A stretch of DNA of 63,402 nt. Source: Coriobacteriia bacterium (lineage in GTDB: Bacteria; Actinomycetota; Coriobacteriia; Anaerosomatales; PALSA-660). Where the stretch lies: the NCBI GenBank assembly GCA_025361505.1, contig JANYKZ010000052.1:1-63402 (forward strand), read 5' to 3'. A model generated the notes under the pieces. That model worked only from the letters and a program-made list of their open reading frames with translations. It was not told the DNA's origin and did no database searches. The first letter of the stretch is position 1. Each line of letters opens with the position of its first letter. Positions 9,273 to 20,048 of this stretch are shown here, piece by piece. Made by a program: the position numbers and the translations under genes.

Positions 9273-9476
9273 ATGGCTGAGGGTACCGTCAAGTGGTTCA
9301 ACCCGGACAAGGGCTACGGCTTCATCTCCCACGAGGGTGGCGACGACGTCTTCGTCCACTTCTCTGAGATCCAGGGCGATGGGTTCAAGACCCTCGACGA
9401 GGGCCAGGCCGTCGTGTTCGACATCACCGAGGGCCAGAACGGCAAGAAGCAGGCGAGCAACGTCCGCAAGGCGTAA
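9273..9476 (+). CDS. cspA: Cold-shock protein (CspA family), second paralog
   Basis: [34 protein letters not shown]...; 67 aa. It is the last part of the artefactually long ORF 8508..9476. Preceded by a ~170-nt leader that is less GC-rich. Confidence 0.95.
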   Translation: MAEGTVKWFNPDKGYGFISHEGGDDVFVHFSEIQGDGFKTLDEGQAVVFDITEGQNGKKQASNVRKA

Positions 9477-9505
9477 ACTGGCGAGCGACTTGAGATCGAG
9501 CTTCG

Positions 9506-9540
9506 GAAGAGCGGCCCGAAAAGGGCCGCTCTTCTTGCGT
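9506..9540 (+). terminator. Intrinsic terminator after csp
   Basis: GAAGAGCGGCCC-GAAAA-GGGCCGCTCTTC (12-bp perfect stem) followed by TTGCGT. Confidence 0.7.
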
Positions 9541-9619
9541 GGACTCGCTCAGGCGGCGACGGACGCCGACGCGAGCGGTACCGACCCGAACGACCGATGC
9601 GATTGGTAGACTGCACCCT

Positions 9620-11668
<2,049 letters not shown>

Positions 11669-11700
11669 CCTCCTGACGGTGATCTGCGGCGACCGTGCGG

Positions 11701-11745
11701 ACTTTGTAACTGCCGTGTACAAAGTATTGGGCCAATGCCTATAAT
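11701..11745 (+). promoter_or_regulatory. Candidate nuo promoter with overlapping 8-bp perfect inverted repeat (possible operator)
   Basis: ACTTTGTA-N9-TACAAAGT at 11701-11725. TATAAT at 11740-11745 with TGTACA 18 nt upstream. This is an AT-rich island in a GC-rich spacer, ~60-100 nt upstream of nuoA. Confidence 0.35.
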
Positions 11746-11804
11746 CGATCCGCGAGGGCATAGACAGACCTGACCGGTTTCGCCCCGCTGTTGCGCGAAC
11801 GGTC

Positions 11805-12215
11805 GTGTGTCCAGCGGCCGCGGCCTCAAGTCCGGACGGAGCGAGCATCTTGGCGGAGTCCACGCAGGCGTTTCTGTTCCTTCTGGGCGCCACCGTGGCT
11901 GCACTCGCGTTCGTCGGCCTGGTCTTCGCGGCGAACGCGCTGCTGTCTCCCCGCAACCCGAATCCCTCCAAGCTCGAGCCCTACGAGTGCGGCATGCCGC
12001 CCCAGGGCGACCCCCACGTGCGCTTCCCGCTGCGTTTCGCCGCCATCGCCGTGCTGTTCGTGATCTTCGACGTCGAGTCGGTGCTGCTGTTCTCCGTCGC
12101 CACCCGGATCCGTGGCGACCTCTCCGGCGGGCTGGCTCTCCTCGGCTTCGCCGCGATGCTCGCCTTCGGGCTGCTCTACGCGTGGAAGACGGGAGCGCTG
12201 CAGTGGCGCTCGTAG
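11805..12215 (+). CDS. nuoA: NADH-quinone oxidoreductase subunit A
   Basis: [14 protein letters not shown]...FDVESVLLF matches the conserved NuoA core, with three TM segments. The start is uncertain: GTG 11805 or TTG 11850. Confidence 0.8.
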   Translation: MCPAAAASSPDGASILAESTQAFLFLLGATVAALAFVGLVFAANALLSPRNPNPSKLEPYECGMPPQGDPHVRFPLRFAAIAVLFVIFDVESVLLFSVATRIRGDLSGGLALLGFAAMLAFGLLYAWKTGALQWRS

Positions 12216-12829
12216 ACTCGCTCACCTCCGCGCTGGAGCGCATCCCCGGCGGCGGCATCATCCTCACGAGCATGGATGCGCTGGCCGACTGGTCCCGCGG
12301 GCAGTCGCTGTGGGCGATGCCCATGGGCACCGCGTGCTGCGCGATGGAGCTCATCGCAGCATCGTTCTCGAAGTTCGACTTCGACCGGCTGGGCACGTTC
12401 CCGCGCCCCGACCCGCGCCACACCGACGTGATGATCATCGCGGGCACGATCACGAAGAAGATGCAGCCCGCGGTCCGGCGTCTCTACGACCAGATGGCCG
12501 AACCCAAGTACGTGATCGCGATGGGCAACTGCGCCGTCAGCGGCGGCATCTTCTACTACGACACCTACTCGGTGGTCCGCGGGGCCGACGCCTTCATGCC
12601 CGTGGACGTCTACATCTCGGGGTGTCCTCCGCGTCCCGAGGCGCTGCAGGACGGCGTCCTGCAGCTGCGGGAGCTGATTCGCACGCGCTCGCTGACGGAC
12701 GCACCCACCTACGAGCGCGACCTGACCCAGCCGGGCCTCGACGCGGCGCGGGCCGGGTCCACCGACGCGGAGACGCTGATCGGCGATGTCCCGGAGCGTC
12801 CGGCTTCGGGCGCGGGGGAGTCTCTGTGA
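12203..12829 (+). CDS. nuoB: NADH-quinone oxidoreductase subunit B (N2 cluster subunit) with ~50-aa C-terminal tail
   Basis: GTG 12203 overlaps the nuoA end. Motifs [18 protein letters not shown] and SGCPPRPE supply the N2-ligand cysteines. It is the tail end of ORF 11807..12829. Confidence 0.9.
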   Translation: MALVDSLTSALERIPGGGIILTSMDALADWSRGQSLWAMPMGTACCAMELIAASFSKFDFDRLGTFPRPDPRHTDVMIIAGTITKKMQPAVRRLYDQMAEPKYVIAMGNCAVSGGIFYYDTYSVVRGADAFMPVDVYISGCPPRPEALQDGVLQLRELIRTRSLTDAPTYERDLTQPGLDAARAGSTDAETLIGDVPERPASGAGESL

Positions 12830-13308
12830 CTGCCCGCAGCGGCGAGAGCAGCCTCGAGTACCTCCAGCGCAAGCTGTGCTCCGTCTATCCCGACCTCTGC
12901 CCGCTGTTCTCGATCGAGTTCGCCGACGGCGTGCTGATGGTGCCGCGTTCCGTACTGCACAAGGCGGCCGAGGACCTCAAGGAGATCGGGTTCGAGCGCT
13001 TCGGCTTCGTCACGGCAGTCGACCACGGCGACGACTTCGAACTCGTTTACCGCCTTCAGTCGGGGACGTTCGGCGTCGGCCTGTTCCTCAAGACAGAGGT
13101 CCCGCGCTGCGAAGCGGTCATGGAGTCGCTGACCGACCTGTGGCCCGCGGCGGGCTGGCAGGAGCGCGAGGTCTACGACATGTTCGGCATCGAGTTCCGG
13201 GACCATCCGGACCTCAGGCGGATCCTGCTGCCCGAGGACTGGGTCGGCTACCCCCTGCGCAAGGACTACAAGGACGATTCCGTGATCCCGCGGCCCGACT
13301 ACATCTAG
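12826..13308 (+). CDS. nuoC: NADH-quinone oxidoreductase subunit C
   Basis: GTG 12826 overlaps the nuoB stop (GTGA). [29 protein letters not shown] is the typical NuoC core. Confidence 0.9.
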   Translation: MTARSGESSLEYLQRKLCSVYPDLCPLFSIEFADGVLMVPRSVLHKAAEDLKEIGFERFGFVTAVDHGDDFELVYRLQSGTFGVGLFLKTEVPRCEAVMESLTDLWPAAGWQEREVYDMFGIEFRDHPDLRRILLPEDWVGYPLRKDYKDDSVIPRPDYI

Positions 13309-13323
13309 AGAGGAGGTGCGACG

Positions 13324-14469
13324 ATGCCCGTAGAGGTGGAGAGCAAGCGTCCCGTGATCGACGAGCTCGGCCGCGAGGTCGACGAGCTCGTGGTCAACAT
13401 CGGTCCGTCGCACCCCTCCACGCATGGGGTGTGCCGTATCATCGCCCACCTCGACGGCGAGATCGTGGTCAAGGCCGAGCCCGTGATCGGCTACCTTCAC
13501 CGCGGGATCGAGAAGATGGCCGAGAACCGCACCTACCTGCAGGTAGTGCCGTTGACCGACCGGCTCGACTACGTCGGATCCATGTACGCGAACTGGGCGT
13601 ACTGTCGCGCCGTCGAGCGGCTGGCGGACATCCGCGTCCCGGAGCGCGCCGAGTACATCCGCGTGATCGTGTGCGAGCTGCAGCGCATCGCCAGCCACAT
13701 GATGGGCGTGGGCGCCTCGGGCGCCGACACCGGCGCTGCCACCGTCTTCATCTACGCCTTCGAGGTCCGCGAGCGGATCGTCGAACTGTTCGAGGAGCTG
13801 TGCGGAGCCCGGCTCACCTACAACTACGTAAGGCCCGGCGGCGTGTCGGCGGACCTGCCCGACGGCTGGATCGAGCGCTGTCGCGAGGTCGTGCGGTGGG
13901 CTCCCGACCGCCTGCTCGAGCTGGACCGACTGTTCTTCGGGAACTACATCGCCGCTGAGCGGATGAAGGGCATCGGCGTGCTCAGCCAAAGTGACGCGAT
14001 CGCGTGGGGCGCTTCCGGCCCGACCGCCCGCGCATCCGGCGTCACCTTCGACATCCGCAAGAACGACCCGTACTCCGTCTACCCGCGCATCGACTTCCGG
14101 GTGCCGGTGGGAGAGAACGGCGACTGCTTCGACCGCGGGCGCGTGAAGGTGCTCGAGGCGATCGAGTCGTGCCGCATCGTCGACCAGGCGCTCGAGCAGA
14201 TCCAACCCGGCCCGGTCGCGGCGGAGGGGCTGCCGCGCCTGCTGCGCCCGCGCGCCGGCGACGCCTACGACCACATCGAGTCCGCGCGCGGCTCGCTCGG
14301 CGTCTACCTCGTCTCCGACGGCTCGCCGCGGCCCTTCCGCATGCACGTGCGGTCGCCCGCCTTCTGTAACCTGCAGCTGCTCGGGCTGCTCGCCCGCGGC
14401 CACACGGTGAGCGACCTCGTCGTCATCCTCGGCTCCCTGGACCCCGTGTTCGGGGAGGTGGACCGATGA
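13324..14469 (+). CDS. nuoD: NADH-quinone oxidoreductase subunit D
   Basis: 381 aa with GAGGAGGTG RBS. NIGPSHPSTHGV, GYLHRGIEK and a C-terminal LGSLDPVFGEVDR are typical of NuoD and [NiFe]-hydrogenase large-subunit relatives. Confidence 0.95.
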   Translation: MPVEVESKRPVIDELGREVDELVVNIGPSHPSTHGVCRIIAHLDGEIVVKAEPVIGYLHRGIEKMAENRTYLQVVPLTDRLDYVGSMYANWAYCRAVERLADIRVPERAEYIRVIVCELQRIASHMMGVGASGADTGAATVFIYAFEVRERIVELFEELCGARLTYNYVRPGGVSADLPDGWIERCREVVRWAPDRLLELDRLFFGNYIAAERMKGIGVLSQSDAIAWGASGPTARASGVTFDIRKNDPYSVYPRIDFRVPVGENGDCFDRGRVKVLEAIESCRIVDQALEQIQPGPVAAEGLPRLLRPRAGDAYDHIESARGSLGVYLVSDGSPRPFRMHVRSPAFCNLQLLGLLARGHTVSDLVVILGSLDPVFGEVDR

Positions 14470-15422
14470 GTCCGCTGCTGTGGGGAGGGCTCTTCGGGCT
14501 GCTGTCGGGGACCGCGATCGCGCTGGCCGCGCTGTTCGGCGTGTGGTGGGAGCGCAAGGTCTCCGGACGCATGCAGATGCGGTTCGGGCCGCAGCAGGCC
14601 GGCCCCGCGGGCCTTCTGCAGACACTCGCGGACACGATCAAGCTCGTCCTCAAGGAGGATGTGACACCTGCCGCCGCCGACGCCCGGATCTTCCGGATGG
14701 CGCCGCTGCTGGTCTTCGCCCCCGTCGCGTTGTCGCTGCTCGTGGTTCCGCTGGTCACGGGCTGGGCGCCGCTCGATTCCGGCGTGGGAGTCCTGTTGTT
14801 CCTGGCCGTGCCCTCGGTATCGGTCCTGGGCGTGCTGCTCGGCGGCTGGTCGTCCGCGAACACGTACGGCACCCTCGGGGGCCTTCGCGGCGCCGCTCAG
14901 ATGGTCAGCTACGAGATCCCGCGCACGCTGTCCGTGCTGGCGCTCGTCGTCGTCGCAGGCACGATGCGCCCCTCCGCCTTGATGGGCGCCTGGCGTCTGT
15001 GGTGGCTTCCGCTCTTCGCGGTGGCGTTCGTCGTCTACCTGATCTCGTCGATTGCGGAGCTGAACCGAGGGCCGTTCGACCTGCCCGAGGCCGACTCCGA
15101 ACTGGTGGCGGGCTACTTCGTCGACTACACCGGCATCCGATGGGCGATCTTCATGATGGCCGAGTACGGCGGGATGCTCGCCTGCTCCCTGTTCGGCGCG
15201 GCGATGTTCCTCGGCGGGACGAACGGGCTCCCGGGGCTGCTCGGGGCGCTCGTCCTGCTCGTGAAGGCGGTCGCGATCGTGACCGTGATCATCTGGGTCA
15301 AGTGGAGCTTCCCGCGCTTCCGGCAGGACCAGCTCATGCGGCTCGCGTGGAAGGTCCTCACCCCGATCGCGCTCGTGCAGCTCCTTGTGGCGGGGGCGGT
15401 GGCGGTCGTATGGCTGAGGTGA
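14466..15422 (+). CDS. nuoH: NADH-quinone oxidoreductase subunit H
   Basis: ATGA overlap with nuoD. WWERKVSGRMQMRFGP, AELNRGPFDLPEADSELVAGY and MAEYG are conserved NuoH motifs. Polytopic. Confidence 0.95.
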   Translation: MSPLLWGGLFGLLSGTAIALAALFGVWWERKVSGRMQMRFGPQQAGPAGLLQTLADTIKLVLKEDVTPAAADARIFRMAPLLVFAPVALSLLVVPLVTGWAPLDSGVGVLLFLAVPSVSVLGVLLGGWSSANTYGTLGGLRGAAQMVSYEIPRTLSVLALVVVAGTMRPSALMGAWRLWWLPLFAVAFVVYLISSIAELNRGPFDLPEADSELVAGYFVDYTGIRWAIFMMAEYGGMLACSLFGAAMFLGGTNGLPGLLGALVLLVKAVAIVTVIIWVKWSFPRFRQDQLMRLAWKVLTPIALVQLLVAGAVAVVWLR

Positions 15423-17467
15423 GACGACCCGACGCGGACGCCACGTTCATGAACGCCACCGAGCCGGCGAAGACCGGGCTCGACGCGTTCGTGTCGGCGT
15501 GGCGCTCCCTGACCACCGGCCTTGCCATCACCGCGGGCCGTGCGTCGCACAAGCCCACGACCCTGCGCTACCCCTTCGAGAAGCTGTCCATGTCGCCCCG
15601 CTGGAGGGGCGCCCTGCGGCTGCGCGGCGTGCTCGGCCGTGACGACGTGGCGCTGCTCTCCGCCTCGCCGCCGCACCACAACGAGACGATCGCGGGACTG
15701 CTCGCCGTCGACCGTCTGCCCCCGTGCGTAGGAACGTGTCCGGCCAACGTCGACGCGCGCGGCCAGAACTACCTGATCGCCGACGGGCGCGTCGCCGAGG
15801 CCTACGAGCTGGTCCGTGAGCGCAACATCATGCCGGGCGTGCTCGGCCGCATCTGCCATCACCCGTGCGAGGGCGCGTGCACCCGCGCGCGCTACGACCA
15901 GCCGATCGCCATCCGCCCGCTCCACCGCTTCGCGCAGGAGAGCTACGCGGAGGTACGTGCCGAGCGCGTGAAGCCGCTGCCGGTCACTCAGGAGGCGCGC
16001 GTCGCGATCATCGGCTCAGGGCCGTCGGGCCTGTCCGCCGCGCTCGACCTGATGAGCCTCGGCTACGCGGTCTCGATGTTCGAGAAGGACGACAAGCCGG
16101 GCGGCGCCCTCTACTCGGGCGTCCCCGCCTACCGGCTGCCCCGCGAGGTCCTGCACTCCGAGATCGACGATCTCGTGACGATGGGGCTCGACCTGCGCTG
16201 CGGCGTCGAAGTGGGCAGGGACGTCACCCTGCCCGACCTGCGCCGAGACCACGCGGCGGTGCTGATCGCGGCGGGCCTGCAGATCAGCCGCATCCTCCCG
16301 ATCCCGGGCGCCGACGCCGACGGCGTGCGCGGCGCGCTGGAGTTCCTGCGCAAGGCCAACTGGGAGGGCGAGGCGGGCGTGCGTGGCAAGCGCGTACTCG
16401 TGATCGGCGGGGGCAACGTGGCCGTCGACGTCGCCCGCTGCGCGCTGCGCGTCGGCGCCACCGAGGTGCGCATGGCCTCCCTCGAGTCGATGGAGGAGAT
16501 CCCCGCGCACCCGTGGGAGATCGAGGAGGCGCTCGACGAGGGCGTCATCGCCACCTGTTCCGTAGGCCCCGAAGAGGTCGCGGTCGAGGACGGACACGTG
16601 GTCGGCCTTCGCGTGCGGGAGTGCCTCTCGGTGTTCGACGAGACGGGCCGCTTCGCTCCGAAGATGGGGGAGGCGACGCACGTGCTCGAGACCGATGTGG
16701 TCGTGTTCGCCATCGGTCAGGCGAGCGTGCTCGAGGCCGTCGTCGCGGGCACCGACGTCGAGCTCAACGAGCGCGGCAACCTGAAGGCCGACGGGACGCT
16801 GTTCACGACCAGCGGCGCGGGTGTGTTCGCCTGCGGTGAGGTCGTCACGGGCCCGGGCTCGGCAATCGGCTCGATCGCCACCGGTCACGAGGCCGCGCAC
16901 TCTATCCACCGCTTCCTGCAGGGCGTCGACCTGGCGGCCGATCGGACGCTGAGGCCCGTGCCCGTGTTCGAGAAGTACGAGCGCGCGTCGCTCCAGGGTG
17001 TGGAGGAGGAGCGCCTCCGCGCTCCCATGACCATGGAGGATCCGATAGAGCGCGTGAAGGACTTCCGTCCGGTCGAGTCCGGCCTGCTGCACTCGGGGTC
17101 GCAGCATGAGGCGGCGCGCTGTTTGCGGTGCAGCTCCGAGGTCTGCGTGGGCTGCACGTTCTGCGCGCGGACCTGCCCCGACTACTGCATCACGGTCGAG
17201 CGTGTCGACACGCCGGGCGCGCGCTGCGTCACGCGCTACGATCTCGACCTCTCGAAGTGCTGCTTCTGCGGACTGTGCGCGGAGCAGTGCCCGACCAACG
17301 CGCTGACCCATACCGGGCAGTACGAGCTGTCCTTCTACCATCGCGAGCTCACTCTGTTCGACAAGGGCGAGATGCTGCGCGACCCGCTCCCGACGCGCGC
17401 CACGGGCCGTGACGGCATCGAGGCCCCCGCGTGCGACGTCCCGTCGGGGGAGGTCGAGCGCCCATGA
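15410..17467 (+). CDS. nuoI: NuoI (2x[4Fe-4S]) interrupted by a ~470-aa GltD/NfnB-like NAD(P)H:FAD/Fe-S oxidoreductase module (fusion protein, 685 aa)
   Basis: One open frame (part of ORF 14480..17467). ATG 15410 overlaps the nuoH end and the stop overlaps the nuoJ ATG. aa 50-72 TLRYPFEKLSMSPRWRGALRL form the NuoI N-terminus. aa ~100-565 are GltD-like (PPCVGTCP, GRICHHPCEGAC, RVAIIGSGPSGLSAA, GKRVLVIGGGNVAVDVARCA, GVFACGEVVTGPGSAIGSIATGHEAA). aa 571-655 are the NuoI core (CVGCTFCARTCP, CCFCGLCAEQCP, QYELSFYHRELTLFDKGEML). Confidence 0.85.
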   Translation: MAEVRRPDADATFMNATEPAKTGLDAFVSAWRSLTTGLAITAGRASHKPTTLRYPFEKLSMSPRWRGALRLRGVLGRDDVALLSASPPHHNETIAGLLAVDRLPPCVGTCPANVDARGQNYLIADGRVAEAYELVRERNIMPGVLGRICHHPCEGACTRARYDQPIAIRPLHRFAQESYAEVRAERVKPLPVTQEARVAIIGSGPSGLSAALDLMSLGYAVSMFEKDDKPGGALYSGVPAYRLPREVLHSEIDDLVTMGLDLRCGVEVGRDVTLPDLRRDHAAVLIAAGLQISRILPIPGADADGVRGALEFLRKANWEGEAGVRGKRVLVIGGGNVAVDVARCALRVGATEVRMASLESMEEIPAHPWEIEEALDEGVIATCSVGPEEVAVEDGHVVGLRVRECLSVFDETGRFAPKMGEATHVLETDVVVFAIGQASVLEAVVAGTDVELNERGNLKADGTLFTTSGAGVFACGEVVTGPGSAIGSIATGHEAAHSIHRFLQGVDLAADRTLRPVPVFEKYERASLQGVEEERLRAPMTMEDPIERVKDFRPVESGLLHSGSQHEAARCLRCSSEVCVGCTFCARTCPDYCITVERVDTPGARCVTRYDLDLSKCCFCGLCAEQCPTNALTHTGQYELSFYHRELTLFDKGEMLRDPLPTRATGRDGIEAPACDVPSGEVERP

Positions 17468-17952
17468 GCGCGACGCTGCTGTGGTGGGGCCTCGCGGTCC
17501 TGACCGTCGCCGGTGCCGCCGTGGTGCTGCTCACGCGCGAGATGATGCGCATGATCCTCGGCCTCGGCGCGTTCCTGCTGGGCATCGCCGGCCTCTACGC
17601 CTGGCTCGGGTTCGGGCTGCTCGCCGTGGCCGAGCTCTTCGTCTACGTCGGAGGAGTGCTCGTGCTCTTCCTGCTGGCGATCACCGCGATGGGCCGCGAC
17701 GCCGACGCCCGCGCCATCGTTCGCAGATTCGACCTCGGCGCCGCCCTGATCAGCATCGGCCTCGCCGTCGTGCTCGTCGTCGCGCTTCGCGGTCTGCTGC
17801 CCGCGGCGGTCCCGGTCTCCGGCGTCACGGTCGAGAGCACGGCCGACTACCTGCTGGGCGTCTGGCTCCCGCAGTTCGAGATCGCCGGCGTGGTGCTGCT
17901 CGCGGGGCTTGCCGCCGCGCTCGCCATCGTGCAGGGAGGCGATGACGAGTGA
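17464..17952 (+). CDS. nuoJ: NADH-quinone oxidoreductase subunit J
   Basis: ATGA overlap with the preceding gene. 162 aa and five hydrophobic segments. Position and size fit NuoJ (ELFVYVGGVLVLFLL). Confidence 0.85.
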   Translation: MSATLLWWGLAVLTVAGAAVVLLTREMMRMILGLGAFLLGIAGLYAWLGFGLLAVAELFVYVGGVLVLFLLAITAMGRDADARAIVRRFDLGAALISIGLAVVLVVALRGLLPAAVPVSGVTVESTADYLLGVWLPQFEIAGVVLLAGLAAALAIVQGGDDE

Positions 17953-18239
17953 CGACGCTCGTGCTCTCGTGCGCGATCGTGGCAGCCGGTCTCTACGGCG
18001 TGATGACGCGACGCGACCTTGTGGCCGTTCTCGCCTCGGTGGAGGTCATGCTCGGGGGCGCGTCGCTGCTGCTCGCCGCATACGCCGCGGCAGGCACCGC
18101 TCCCGCAGCCGGTCAGGGCTACGCGCTGCTCGTGCTCGCCGTCGGTGCCGCCGGGGCGGCGGTCGGGATCGCGTTGCTGGTCTCCCTGGTCCGCCGTGGC
18201 CGCTCGCGCACCGACCAGATCACGGAGGTGCGCGGGTGA
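17949..18239 (+). CDS. nuoK: NADH-quinone oxidoreductase subunit K
   Basis: 96 aa, three TM segments, GTGA overlap with nuoJ. Contains the conserved membrane glutamate context (LASVEVMLGGASLL). Confidence 0.85.
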   Translation: MTTLVLSCAIVAAGLYGVMTRRDLVAVLASVEVMLGGASLLLAAYAAAGTAPAAGQGYALLVLAVGAAGAAVGIALLVSLVRRGRSRTDQITEVRG

Positions 18240-20044
18240 GCATCCTGACGCACTCCGCCTATCTCGCGGTACTCGTACCGTTGCTGCTCGCCGCCCTCCT
18301 GGCCGTGGGGGTGCGGCTGTGGGGCCGCGGCGCTCCCTGGGTCGCTCTCGCGGGGCCTCTGACGGTGATCGGCATTGGAGTCGCGTCGCTTCGGGCCGGG
18401 GGAGACAGCGCCCGCATCACCTGGATACGCGTCGGGGAGCGCAGCCTGTCGCTCACCTACAACGCGGACGCGCTCGCGGCGGTCATGCTGCTGGTCGTCG
18501 GCGTGGTAGCGGCGTGCGTCATGGTCTTCTCGATCGGCTACATGCACCGCGAGAAGGGCTACGTCCGCTACTACGCGCTGTTGTCGCTGTTCACCGCATC
18601 CATGGCGGGCCTGGTCATCGCGGCGGACCTCGCGACGCTGTTCATCTGCTGGGAACTCGTCGGGGCCTGCTCGTTCCTGCTGATCGGCTTCTGGTACGAC
18701 AAGCCGTCCGCAGCCGACGCGGCACGCAAGGCCTTCATGGTCACGCGCGTCGGCGACGCGGCCATGCTGGTCGGCATGGCCGTCCTGTGGCGGGCCAGCG
18801 GCGGGCTCGAGTTCAGCCTGATCCTCGGCGCGGCCGCACCGTTCGCGCCCGCCGTGGCGACCGCGGCGGCCGTGTGCATCCTGATCGCCGCGGTGGGGAA
18901 GTCGGCCCAGTTCCCGCTCCACATCTGGCTGCCCGAAGCGATGGAGGGCCCCACTCCGGTCTCCGCGCTCATCCACGCCGCGACCATGGTCGCCGCAGGC
19001 GTGTTCCTGATCGCCCGCACCTGGCCGCTGTTCGCGGCGGCTCCCGCGGCGAGGGACCTGGCGCTCGTCCTCGGAACGATCACCGCCCTGGGCGCGGCGA
19101 GCGTCGCGCTCGCGCAGCGCGACATCAAGAAGGTCCTCGCCTGGTCGACGATCAGTCAACTCGGTTTCATGTTCGCCGCCCTGGGCGTCGGCGCATGGCA
19201 GGTGGCGATCTTCCACCTGGTCACCCATGCGGCGTTCAAGGGGCTGCTGTTCCTCACCGCCGGATCGGTGATCCACGGGAGCGGGACGCAGGACCTTCGC
19301 GAGATGGGCGGGCTCGCCGGACGTATGCCGGTCACCGCCGCATGCTGGATCGCCGGCGCCGTGTCGCTCGCGGGCATTCCGCCCGCGGCCGGCTTCTTCA
19401 GCAAGGACCTCGTCGTCTCGTCGGTGCTGCATTCGGCACCGTGGGCCGGCGTCGCGCTGCTGGCCGCGAGCGCGCTGACCGCGGCCTACGCCGCCCGCGC
19501 GACCCGGTTGGCGTTCTTCGGAGCATCCCGGAGCGTCACGCCGGCGCACGAGGCGCCGTGGATCATGCTCGGGCCGCTCGTGGTGCTCGCAGCGGCCGCT
19601 CTCGTCCTGGGCGTCGCTGGCGGCCCGCTCGCCTCCGCTCTGGGGACCACCTTCGAGCCGCTCTCCGTCACGATCGCGGGCACCGCGATCGTGCTGGCGC
19701 TGACGGGCACGGTGCTCGGATGGCGCAGCGCGCGCCCGCAGGCGGCTTGGACGGTGGCGACCGAGGGCTGGCGCACATTCATGCGCGCCGCGGCGTCCGG
19801 CTGGGGTGTCGACGCGTTCGTCAGCCGGTTCGTGGTGACGCCGGTCACGGCGACCGCGCGGGCGACGGACGCGATGGGCGACCGTCTCGCCATCGACGGG
19901 CTCGCCGAAGGCGTGGCGGCCCTCGCGTCGCGTGTCGGGGCGCTGTTGACCGAGATCCAGTCCGGCGACGGTCAGTGGTATGCGGGGCTGATGGCGACCG
20001 GCGTCGTGCTCCTCGTGGCCGCGGCCGTCTGGCTGGTGAGGTGA
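18236..20044 (+). CDS. nuoL: NADH-quinone oxidoreductase subunit L
   Basis: GTG 18236 overlaps the nuoK stop. 602 aa antiporter-like subunit (WELVGACSFLLIGFWY, KSAQFPLHIWLPEAMEGPTPVSALIHAATMV) with a C-terminal extension consistent with the lateral helix. Confidence 0.9.
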   Translation: MSILTHSAYLAVLVPLLLAALLAVGVRLWGRGAPWVALAGPLTVIGIGVASLRAGGDSARITWIRVGERSLSLTYNADALAAVMLLVVGVVAACVMVFSIGYMHREKGYVRYYALLSLFTASMAGLVIAADLATLFICWELVGACSFLLIGFWYDKPSAADAARKAFMVTRVGDAAMLVGMAVLWRASGGLEFSLILGAAAPFAPAVATAAAVCILIAAVGKSAQFPLHIWLPEAMEGPTPVSALIHAATMVAAGVFLIARTWPLFAAAPAARDLALVLGTITALGAASVALAQRDIKKVLAWSTISQLGFMFAALGVGAWQVAIFHLVTHAAFKGLLFLTAGSVIHGSGTQDLREMGGLAGRMPVTAACWIAGAVSLAGIPPAAGFFSKDLVVSSVLHSAPWAGVALLAASALTAAYAARATRLAFFGASRSVTPAHEAPWIMLGPLVVLAAAALVLGVAGGPLASALGTTFEPLSVTIAGTAIVLALTGTVLGWRSARPQAAWTVATEGWRTFMRAAASGWGVDAFVSRFVVTPVTATARATDAMGDRLAIDGLAEGVAALASRVGALLTEIQSGDGQWYAGLMATGVVLLVAAAVWLVR

Positions 20045-20048
20045 CGCC

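Noticed and set aside
14480-15409. The first ~310 codons of the 995-aa ORF 14480..17467, which would make an even larger protein.
   Set aside because: This part lies out of frame over nuoH and is Arg/Gly/Pro-rich nonsense. The NuoI-type sequence begins only after ATG 15410, which overlaps the nuoH stop in the way the rest of the operon is coupled.
17909-18235. N-terminal extension of the nuoL ORF (711 aa) and the parallel 677-aa ORF 18019..20052.
   Set aside because: The extension overlaps nuoJ and nuoK in another frame. GTG 18236, which overlaps the nuoK stop, gives a normal 602-aa NuoL. The 18019 ORF is a shadow frame.
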